Source of the DNA: Camelus dromedarius
Taxonomy: Eukaryota
Assembly (NCBI RefSeq): GCF_036321535.1
Contig: NC_087437.1
Location: forward strand, 106,952,001 to 107,016,000
Direction: 5' to 3'
DNA length: 64,000 bases
Part shown: positions 13,991 through 24,165 of the stretch, one piece after another
How the letters are laid out: every line of letters starts with the position of its first letter
Position numbering within the stretch: the stretch's first letter is position 1
Notes under the pieces: model-generated
Databases searched by the model: none
Seen by the model: the letters and a program-made list of their open reading frames with translations, nothing else
What the model was told of the DNA's origin: nothing
Translations under genes and position numbers: made by a program

Positions 13991-15668
13991 GCATGATTTG
14001 TAATGACACTGATCAGCCCCCATTTCATTGTGTTTTGAATGAATGGATAGACGTTTTCCATCTAGTCACAATACTCTTATTTTTTTTTTCCAAAAAAATG
14101 AATCCCTTCTTATTCACCATAACTCAACCTCCATAGATCATTTTGGTGCACAAATTTCAAACACTACACTTTCACTTGGTTTCATAAACTTAAATCCAAC
14201 TCAAAGCTGTAATAGGGTCAATTATGTACAACAATAAATTCTTATGTTAGAAAAGACAATACTTTCATTATCTTCCATAACTAATCAAGAATTCCTAACA
14301 ACCTTCCATGATCACTCAGGGCAAGAAAAATTCAACTCCCTTTCAGGCCTGTTTCTTGGTTCCCCATCCTACGTACCAAGTGAGAAGACAGTTTACATGT
14401 TCCCATAAAAACAAGAGGAGGGTCCCAGATTTATGTGTGAGCTGTTGTGTGTCCTCAGGACTCTCGTGGGTCTCTTGTCTGGCTGAGTACCTCTCTGTGT
14501 CTTCTGCAGTACAGCTGGCTGCTCTGGTTATGTTGTGAACTGTTTTCTCCCCCGCTGATGTCTGGGCATTGGGAAATTTCTTGGTGGGCTCCACCCTTCT
14601 GGTTTCTGGAGCTATGACTTCTGGTTGCTGGTTCCTTGTGAGCTGTGATTGACAGTCTTCAGGCATCTCCTCCAAAGCATCTTGGAGCCAGGGATCCAAT
14701 GAAGTCTTGACTGCTTCCTGTACCTCTCAGTCATTTACAAGGGATCCAAACATTGCCCCTCTTTGCGACTCTTTTGCCTCCCTGGGTGATTTTTTTGAGA
14801 GTCTGGAGAGTTGCCTGTGAGTGAGCAATCCCCTGCTTCCTTCCCTAGGCTCATGTAAAACCAGGAATTTCTGCTGTACTGACCTCAAATCTAAGAGAAA
14901 CCCATTTGATAATCTTTGTGTTCTTCTGACAACTAATGCCAATCAGCCATTTCCAGCCTGGAAGGCACATTGTCTTAAACGGCCCTCATCTGAGGTACCA
15001 CAAAAACACCCCAGGACCTACTGGGGACAAAACCCCACTGCTCTGGGCTTCCTCAACTTACCTGGCTGTTTTTGCAAATTCATCCACTGTGTAAGCCTGA
15101 ATATGAACATCTGACCTTCTGCACATTTTTTCCCTCCTCTTCCCCCAGGCCCCACCTGGGACCTAGAAACCCTCTCTTACTTCCCTTTTGGTCTGGCGGG
15201 GACTTCTGTGTCAATTCTGTTCTCTAACTTCCCCAAGCAGGGTTCACTTTCTACCTTTCCTGGAGGAATGGTGATTATCACTAAGAAAAGAACATTAGGT
15301 AATATTTAAAACCAACAGATCATTCCCACAACATGTAGTTAAATCCCCTCAAAACAGAAAGACCAGTTGCTGCATCTTGCATTAAGGAGAAGGGAAAATA
15401 CTTCATAGGTCCCTTTAATTTTGATGGGATTGTGTGAATCACACTGGGGTGCTGCTCTGACGCACTCACTGGGTGACCCGGGCGGCTACTGGGCTTAGTG
15501 TGGACTAAGGGAAGCTTCTTCAGCACATCCTGCAGGGCAGGCCGCTCCGGCGTTTGGACCTTTTGAATCAGCGGAATCAATCTGGCTTGAACTTTCTTTC
15601 GCCGAATGCATTGTTCTGTGGTCCCTCTAACAAATCCCACTAGGAGAAGCACTGTGAGGCCTCCAGGG

Positions 15669-15923
15669 CAACGTGTTTCAAACTGTGTGTTGTGACCCAT
15701 TAGTGAGTTGTGAAATCCACTTAAGAGGTCTTGAGCAGCATTTACAAAAATATAACAGAGGACAGGCTAGAAAGGAAGATATCAGAGTACAAAGCCTGTA
15801 GCCAGGGAACATTTATTGAAACTTGTTTGTTTTGTTTGAGATCTTCTGAGGGTGTGGGACAGGATTACAAACTAAAATGCGTTTCTGACAGAGTCCGGAG
15901 GCCACAATCTTTGAAAGCCCCTT
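15669..15923. mobile_element. hAT-Charlie-type non-autonomous DNA transposon inserted in ERV-L pol
   Basis: Terminal-inverted-repeat-like ends 'caacgtgtttcaaactgtg' / 'atctttgaaagcccctt'; ERV-L similarity stops and resumes collinearly on either side. Confidence 0.65.
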
Positions 15924-16609
15924 CTTTAGCATATTTGAGCAAAGTCATGCCTACTTGGTCAAATAACTTGTTTTCTTTCAAGAAACAGCTCTTGGCTTGG
16001 TACTGGGAACTGGAAGGAGAGACAAGGTCTCTGATGGTGACACTGGCTTGCTACTGATGACCTGGGTGTTGTCTGAGCCACCCGTCTGTTTTGTAGGGCC
16101 TGTCCAGTACCACTGTGCCTTCAGATGGAAGTGGCATATATGGGGTCAGGAGTGTACAACTAAGTGATGGAAATCAGTTGTTCTTACTCCTAGCCTATAT
16201 CTTGCTGCACAGCTCCACACCAGTCCCCCTCCCCACAGCTAGAGTTCCCTGGGGAGTTCCATGTGATCTGCTGACTGAGGGAAAGGGGGAGTAATTCCTA
16301 GTTTACAGATAGTTCCTCTCCAAACTCTAAAACTGACTGTAAGTAAAGGTGCAGCATTACAACCCCACCAGGTGTGACTCTGAAGGACAGTAGAAAATGG
16401 AATTCTTTCCAGAAAAAGGAAAGTAGGCAGGACTTTCCACTGGATTGTCCATTTTATCTGGAAGAAGAGTCTGAAATATAGGTTAACATTATTTCCTTAG
16501 TTTTGCTGATTGGTTTGGGATATGAAGATTGGGTAAAATGAACGATGGGGAAGAGGTATGCGGCTGAGCCTGGAGTGGGAGGTTGTTTGTGTTCCATGTT
16601 AATGCTCAC

Positions 16610-16785
16610 TGCTATGGACTGAATATTTATGTCCCCCCAAATTCACGTGTTAAAGTCCTAATGCGATGGTATTTGGTGGTAAAGCCTTTGGGAGGTAATT
16701 AGGTTGTGAAGGTGGAGCCCTCATGATGGAAATAGTGTCCTGTAAGGAGAGGAGGAAAGCTAGCGCCCTCTCTGTTCTCCATCAT
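16610..16785 (+). mobile_element. MLT1A-like LTR, 5' half
   Basis: tgctatggactgaatatttatgtccccccaaattcacgtgttaaagtcc...gcctttgggaggtaattagg matches the MLT1A 5' end. Confidence 0.85.
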
Positions 16786-16789
16786 GATT

Positions 16790-16945
16790 GTAGTTAGAGC
16801 CTACCTGGATAATCCAGAATCATCTCCCATGCCAAGATCCTGAACTTAATTACATCTGCAAAGTCCCTTTTTGCACAGAAGGTAACAGTCACAGGTTCTA
16901 GGTATTAGGACCTAGGAATCTTTGGGGGCATTATTCAGCCTGCCA
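16790..16945 (-). mobile_element. MLT1C/D-like LTR, 5' portion
   Basis: 'ggataatccagaatcatctcccatgccaagatcctgaacttaattacatctgcaaagtccctttt...tttgggggcattattcagcctgcca'. Confidence 0.8.
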
Positions 16946-18614
16946 TTTTGGGTATTCTGTCACTTGGGCCTGAAAGCTTTCTAATGGATACTCCCTTTAA
17001 TATAGAATCATACGTGGTGGTGGTGGGATACCAGCCATTTCCCAAGCTCTAGGTTGATTATTTTAGGCTCTTTCCATCACAGAAGGAAGGAATTTATCCT
17101 CCCTGACTTACGCGCTCTTCCTGGATTTAGATTTTCTATTGCTTCTTCCCACATCATAATCACCTTCATCTCTGAACTTTTTGAATATCTAAAAGCGTCA
17201 TCATAGTACCATATGCAACGTTGCTCTTAACCAAACACTCATTTTATAGTTAAAAAAAGGTGTAGGCTGAGGCTCACAGAGTTTACTAGTCTTATCATGT
17301 ACTCTGTAAGTTAGAAGCTTCTGGTCTGGTCTTCCAGAATAAAGAAAAAATTATTGTGACCTAGTTATAGCCCAGCTGGAAGACTATTTTTGCGAGAGAA
17401 AGTATAAACCAGAAGGTAACATGTACTGCTGAGTCTCCCAAGTTGGAATATATTGATTCTGAGAGGAGGTGGTAAAAGTTAAAAGTGGCAATTCTTGTAT
17501 TTACACACAGATGCAAAATGTTGCTTCTATCCCTGGACTCTGGGATATTTTGGTTGGGAGATTTTAGGGACCAAGGAATAAATGGTTTCATCATGAGACA
17601 TGATAGTTTCTTCAAATTGAGACTGGCCAGTTCAGGCTTGATAACCACTGTATGAACATCCAAAAAAATTTTTTAAAAAAATGAAGAAAAGAAATGGTAG
17701 TGTTCCCTGGGGTGATTTATCCTATCAAAGGGAAAAAGTGTAGTATATGCATTTATATTTCTTTATTTGCTGTGTAATGTGTGTTTGTATATATTTAATG
17801 CACAACCCCCCCCCCTTTGTGGTTAAAAAAGTAATTTAGGCTAAATATCAAGGAATATCAAAATAGAATTGTGACTGAACTAGAGAAAGATTGCAATGTC
17901 CCAAACATCCTTCCAATGATTGCGCCTGGTGCAAATAATAACTGTGATACATACATTTTACAGTTTTGGCCAGTAAGTTCAAAGGACAAATTAGCTGGCA
18001 ATGCTCAGTAACCAACCGTGGCTCCTTGAGTTTCCCCAGGTCTTCATTGGTGAAGATCTGGCCATGGTGTTCTGTGTGATCACAGTGAGGTCCTGGCAGG
18101 TTGCAAGAAGCTGAGTTGGGGTTTTCAAAAGCTGCTCACTCCCCTACCAAGTCACATTTTAATAATTAACTTAATGTGGATGCAAATCTGCATTTACTAA
18201 GCCATGTCACTTGGCTTTAGTGGCCAGGTTCCAGGTACAGTTTCTAACTATGCCTCCAGCACCGTCTGCTCCATCATCCACAAGTTGTATTATAATGACC
18301 AGGAATCACACATTTGTGCTTTACAACTACATAGCTACAGTGTCTCCCGGGCAACAAGGCCGGGGAGGGACTGCGTCTGGTCTCCGCACTCTCTTGCTGC
18401 GTCTAGCGCCATGTTTAATGTTGGGCGTAGTCTCATTGTACCATGTTCATTCTCATATCAGAGTCTCTTCATCACGGGAAGATTTCACCTAAACAGATTG
18501 AGTGGGCTTCTGAAAGGACATATAAAAGTAAATTTTCCTGAGTGTATGTTACAGCTTAACCCTTTTATGGTAGTGTAATTGACTCTAAAACAGACTTACG
18601 CACGTTAGGTTGAG

Positions 18615-19095
18615 TTCAGGGATTCTCGCCTTTTACTGGTCATGAACAGTTTGGCTGTCTGGGGAAGATCATGGAGCCCTGCTCAGTATGTTTCTAAATT
18701 CACAACATAAAAATAAATAGAATCACAAAGAAGATCATCCATACAGAAATGCAATCATCAAAATAATAAGCATTCAATATTTTGAGATAGTGATATTTGT
18801 GCTTTTTAGAAATGCATAAAGCAGTATGTTCTAGCAGTGGGGTGACTGCTGTAATTTGAAGTTAGTTTTGAGTGTAAATGATATTTTGCAGCTGTAACAG
18901 TTGTAATGTGAGAAAGTATCAGAAATGTCTTGGTGACACAGCATAGGCATTACTAAAACTACTGTGGTTTGTTATCTACATCCATAATTGAAAGAAACGC
19001 TAAATTTTTTAAGTTAGAGGTTAATGAAAATAAAAGTTTATTTTTTCTCATCCAAGTTCAAAGACTTCTGAATTCTATACACAAATCCCTAGATA
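18615..19095. mobile_element. hAT-Charlie-family DNA transposon fragment
   Basis: 'actactgtggtttgttatctacatccataattgaaagaaacgctaaattt...gttagaggttaatgaaaataaaag...tcatccaagttca' resembles a recalled Charlie consensus. Confidence 0.55.
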
Positions 19096-20141
19096 AATTC
19101 TGCAGATTCTGATGGATATCTGAAGATAATTCTTCACAAGAAGACTCAGCTCATCATGACAAATACTAGATTTTTAATATCTTAATATCACTTACTATCA
19201 CTAATTTAAGAGAGGCATATTCTTATATTTCTTTTAAGTATGCATCTTGTCTACTAATCTACACAGATTCATCGAAAATACTTTCAATGTTGAGCTCGCT
19301 TAAGATTTTTCTGTTCCTGAAATTCCTTTTTCAATTACATACATCATCAGTAAATTCTCTTTCTGTCTTTCTTCATCCCTGTTTCTTAACATCATCTCTA
19401 GTCTAAGAAAGAAATTGTTTTTGTTTTTCCTCCTTTTCACCTGTGCTGGTAAAATGAGTAAGACAGTTGATCGATAGGATGTATATCCAACAAAAGATTT
19501 TGCTCCATAATTCATGTGCCAGTCAAACATGAGCCTAAGCTTTGACCAGTGATACTTTCTGCATAATCACATTGTTCATTGAATGCAACCTCAAGGTAAA
19601 ATTTATTTATAAAGTTATATAGTATATAAATCACAGTATGAAGTCATTTTGGGGGGAAATTTGAAAATAGTTTATTATTTATTATTAGTAATTTCCACGG
19701 TGTTCAAATACATTACATTTGTCAGAAGTTGTACCCTATTCAAGATTTATTTACACGCTAGGAAGGAGGAGGCCTGCATGAAACCTGAAGAAATATTGAG
19801 TACAACAATGACAGGAGGCCCATAGACGGATGCTCCACCGGTAGGTTTAAGAAAGAGGGAGGTTATTTGGAAAAAAGTTTTTCAGAAGGCATGGGAGGTG
19901 TACTGTTCAAAGGGAGAGAGGGATGCAAATGGCAGGCAGGATGAAAAAAGGCTGTTTCAAGTGATATGAGTTCAGAGGGAACGCTAAGGTAGATAGGTGG
20001 AGGGGGGAGAAGTGTGTGCAGAGGACTCACAGCCAATTAGGTGGGTGCTGAAGGCATTTGGGGGTTAGAAAAATGATAGATATCAGAATAGATGGATCAG
20101 GTGAGAAATAGCAGCAGAAAAAAGTGAATGCAATAATAAAT

Positions 20142-20283
20142 CTTTTTTTAGTTTTATTTAAATAAAACTGGGGGGGGGGTTAGGTTTATTTGTTTATTTA
20201 TTTAAGAAGAGGTACTGGGGATTGAACCCAGGACCTTGTGTATGCTAAGCATGTGCTCTGCCACTTGAGCTATACCCTCCCCC
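20142..20283 (-). mobile_element. tRNA-derived SINE, camelid vic-1-like
   Basis: Minus strand reads GGGGAGGGTATAGCTCAAGTGGCAGAGCACATGCTTAGCATACACAAGGTCCTGGGTTCAATCCCCAGTACCTC, then an A-rich segment, a C-run and an A-rich tail; A box at 20261-20272, B box at 20218-20228; candidate TSD aataaat (20135-20141 / 20284-20290). Confidence 0.88.
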
Positions 20284-22117
20284 AATAAATTTCTGTTTGA
20301 TACGAAAAACATTTCTGTTTGGTTCCTTGCTATAAAACATAAGAAAGTGCTTAGAGTGTTTTAAGTAGCAAACATGTGTTAAATTATAAGAAAAATTAGA
20401 ATTATTAGGCCAACAGACTATTGTGGAACCGTATATTGGTAAAATTACGCTACAATGGTGTAAGCAATGGGCAGACTACATTCATTCAATGGATACGTTA
20501 AGATAAATAATATTTGATTGTTTCTGATCCTTTAATAAAATAAGTGTTGCCATATATAAATATTCCATATTCAAATGAAGATAACACCACAATTAGATAT
20601 TAATATATTTGTTTGCCATATTTTTAAAATCTTTATAAAACTGGTTTGTCTTTAGGAGCTCAGTTTACTTTAATGGCTTCGTATCAGTTTAGAATTTTTA
20701 GTCATTTGTCAATATTGTTCTATTTCTTTAGAATTGGCTCTTTCTTGCCCCTAAGCATTTTCCATCAACCCAGTGTTCTTTGTGGACAAGTTAATTTGAC
20801 TTTTCTTAGAAAATGTACACTTTAACTTAAAAAGCTACATTTTAGATCCAGAAGCTATATAATTGATGTTATACATAATAAAATATATCAAAGTCCATTT
20901 CTATAGTTATTGCATAATTTCCTTCTAAGCATTAATTCCATTGTTGTCAGGCAAATAACAAGGAAACAAACAAAAAACCTCATTGTATTGGAGAGACTGT
21001 TAAGGTCTATACTATGTGTATGTTTGAATTTCATACTTCTACATTTTTGTAATTATAATCAATACAAGTTAATTTTAGGAATCTTTTGTATAGAATGAAT
21101 GAATTACAAAATAATTCCTTGTTTAGCTGATAGAGTAAAACCTTTTCATTAGCATCACTCTGGTTTGCCTGATGCATGGTGTGATTGGTTTAAAAACATC
21201 AGAAAACCTCTTACCTAATTATGCATTTAGTCAATGGACCATGAAAGCTCCAAAGAGACTCATTCTAGCTTATTGAGTAAATAGATATTTATTCACAGTG
21301 GAGTTGTTCCAGTCTCTTGAGTGAGAGTTTGTTTTAGAATTTTCCAAAAAAAGTTTTTAAATGCACTTATATAATTGTAATATAATTACAGTCTTACAAT
21401 GCAGTTTAGCGTTAAAACCAAAGAGATCTTAGATACTCGGAGTCTTAATACTAAGAAGAGCCCCTTAAAATTAATCAGGACTTTAACTTTTTCTAGGAAT
21501 AATCCTTTAAACAACCTAGTAAGTAAAAAATATTACCAATTATTCCCTCGATTTCTTCTTCCACCATTATCTTTCAGGAAGAAAAAATACATGCATTCTA
21601 AAAGTAACAATACATGGCGGGATAATATAGGTACATTTTTATTAATGAAAATTATTAAAGCTGTAATCATTCTCCTTCTAAACTTAATCCTCAAAGTAAG
21701 TGGAAAAACAGAGAGAGGCCAAATGTTTCCCTAAGCTGTTTAGTAATACAAATTGGATTTTATTTGACTCTTAAAGGAGTTCCTTTGTTGGATTTACAAA
21801 GTCAGGTTTAAATAACTAGCTCTCAAGCTCTCAGAGTGAGAGTCGAGTAATATGTTTCTAATTTCAGGAGTAGTTCCCCTCAGATTTACCCCAAATCCTC
21901 TAACACTCTATATTTCTGTAAGAAGCTCTGTTAAGGGTATTATTCCGCTTAAATCTGCAGCCATCTTTTATGTCCATCAAGCTTGTTTTAAATGCAATCG
22001 GATCTGTTTGGGGGTAGAGGATAAATGGGATATGAGGAAAAAATGATAATCTGACCCCCGGCTTTTCCATTTAAAAATAAAATAAAATGCAGCCTTTCTG
22101 TGCCTTGCGAAAATGAC

Positions 22118-22131
22118 GTTGCTATGGAGAC
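22118..22131 (-). promoter_or_regulatory. RFX X-box motif (candidate)
   Basis: GTCTCCATAGCAAC on the minus strand matches GTYNCY-AT-RGYAAC exactly; function untested. Confidence 0.35.
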
Positions 22132-22901
22132 AGCCTTTATGAATCCCAATGAAACTGATGTTAGCAACGTTCTCCTGATTTTGACTGCCCATGAGTTAAG
22201 GCTGCTTCTTGTTCTCTAAACCTTTTTATTCTTTGTTGAATATGCATCTCTAGGGCAGCAGAGCAAGGCATGGAAATCTGTAGGGCAGTCATTTTTTTTC
22301 CATAATAAAGTAGAAAAATATGGAGATAAGACATTGGCATTTTCAAGGAAAAGACTGCATTTACACATTGTATGGAGAATATTCATAAAATAGCTTTTCG
22401 TGCTTGCTGTGCACATGGGGTAAAAGGAGAAAAAGCATAAGAAGTTTGAAAATTATTTTCCTGCTTTTACAGCTTTTATGTGGAACTGCAAAAGTAATAT
22501 TTAAGCATGTTAATTTGATCTCTGTTGGTTTTACAAGAAATACAGCATACATTGAATTAAACTTTCTCAATAACATTTTTTAATTATTACAACAATAACA
22601 GATGTCCTGTTATTTGCCTCTATAAACAAACACACTTCTCTTTCTAAGTGTTCTACAACTTTGTATTATTTAAGAAGATGACAGTGAAACTCAAAACTGA
22701 ATCTACCCAAACCAAATCCAAATGAAACTTCTTTCTGCAATGTAAAGAAAGACACCAGTGACCAAACTTAGAAAGAGCAAAATAATTTTCCTTGATTAGG
22801 AGTTTTAATATAGCCTCCTACTTTAATTTTTGAAGGGTTAATTTTTCATGTGTTGTCCCTTTTAAAGCCAGCAACTTGATTAATATAAAAATATCATTTT
22901 G

Positions 22902-23631
22902 GAAAAAGGAACCCTCCTACACTGGTGATAGGAATGCCATTATGAAAACCAGTATGGAGATTCCTTAAAAAACTGAAAATACACTTACCATATGATCCAG
23001 CAATACTACTCCTGAGCATATATCTGGAGGGAACTCTTAATTCAAAAAGATACACACACTCTAATGTTCATAGCAGCATTATTTACAGTAGCCAAGACAT
23101 GGAGGCAACCTAAATGTCCATCGATAGAGGACTGGATAAAGAAGTTGTGGTATAGTTATACAATAGAATATTACTCAGCCATAAAAAAGAATAAAATAGT
23201 GCCACTCACAGCAACATGGATGGACCTGGAGATCATCATACTAAGTGAAGTAAGCCAGTAAGAGAAAGAAAAATACCATATGATATCACTTATATGCAGA
23301 ATCTGAAAAAAAAAAAAAAGACGCAAATGAACTTATTTACAAAACAGAAATAGACTCACAGACATAGAGAACAAACTTATGGTTGCCAGGGGGTAAGGAG
23401 GTGGGGAGGAATGAATTGGGAGTTCAGGATTTGCAGATACTAACTACTATATATAAAATAGATGAACAACAATGTCCTACTGTATAGCACAGGGAACTAT
23501 ATTGAATACCTTGTAATGACCTATTAAGAAAAGGAATATGTATATTTATATGTATATGTATAAATGAATCACTATGCTGTACACCAGAAATTAACACAAC
23601 GTTGTAAATCGACTGTACTTCAATAAAAGAG
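22902..23631 (+). mobile_element. 5'-truncated LINE-1 3' end with TSD
   Basis: ORF 23064-23261 [30 protein letters not shown] is the ORF2p C-terminus; TSD aaatatcattttg (22889-22901) / aaatatcactttg (23632-23644). Confidence 0.93.
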
Positions 23632-24165
23632 AAATATCACTTTGAGCATTTTCCCCTCTGAGCCCTTGTAGCATCTTGCGTACTTCTTAGAACACTGGCC
23701 CATTACGGTGATGACTGGCTTCCAGACTGTGAGATGGTGGATCCTGGCCCTGTGTTCTCAGTGTCCTTGTGTCCCCAGCACACTGCGCAGTGCAGACGGA
23801 GGGGAGGGAACTCAGTCTACATTGAACAAACATGAATCAAGGCTTCCCTAAAGATTTGGTGAATAGGGAACGTCTCGAGTCTTATTCGATAAGAAATTTA
23901 AAACTAGTAAAAAAGAATCAAAACAAACAAGTAAAAAACTTTGTTGAAAGTACAGAAAATGTCCTTTGTACTTTTAATACAGGACTCTACATGCTGCAAG
24001 AGATAACACACTAAAGGACAGCTAAGTACTGTTATCTTCAGGGGAAATAAAATGACTTTCAGAAAGTCTTTAAGAAAAAGTGGGGATGTGGATGTTAACT
24101 GTTTTGGGGGAGCTTCATTAACTACGTGGCTGTTGATTTCTTAGAATAACTCTTCCTCAGGATTT

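Larger units (their letters stand above)
15310..17740 (+). mobile_element. Decayed ERV-L internal region (pol: RT C-terminus/tether - RNase H - integrase, then dUTPase), interrupted by two insertions
   Basis: ORF 15731-16057 contains LSKVMPTWSNNLFSFKKQLLAWYWEL, resembling ERV-L WSKALPSSADNYSPFEKQLLACYWAL. Other ERV-L-like motifs: 'agatggaagtggcatata' (RWKWYI), 'ggggagttccatgtgatctgctgactgagg' (WGVPYDQLTEE), 'catgttaatgctcac' (HVNAH), 'aggttgattattttagg' (QVDYIGP, integrase), 'gtgttccctggggtgatttatcct' (GVIDPDY, dUTPase). Confidence 0.8.

Noticed and set aside
15440..15620. Local CpG-rich patch as a CpG island or promoter
   Set aside because: Under 200 bp and lies within the ERV-L pol remnant.
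20210..20283. tRNA gene
   Set aside because: The tRNA-like head is followed by a SINE tail and flanked by a TSD, and there is no proper acceptor stem.
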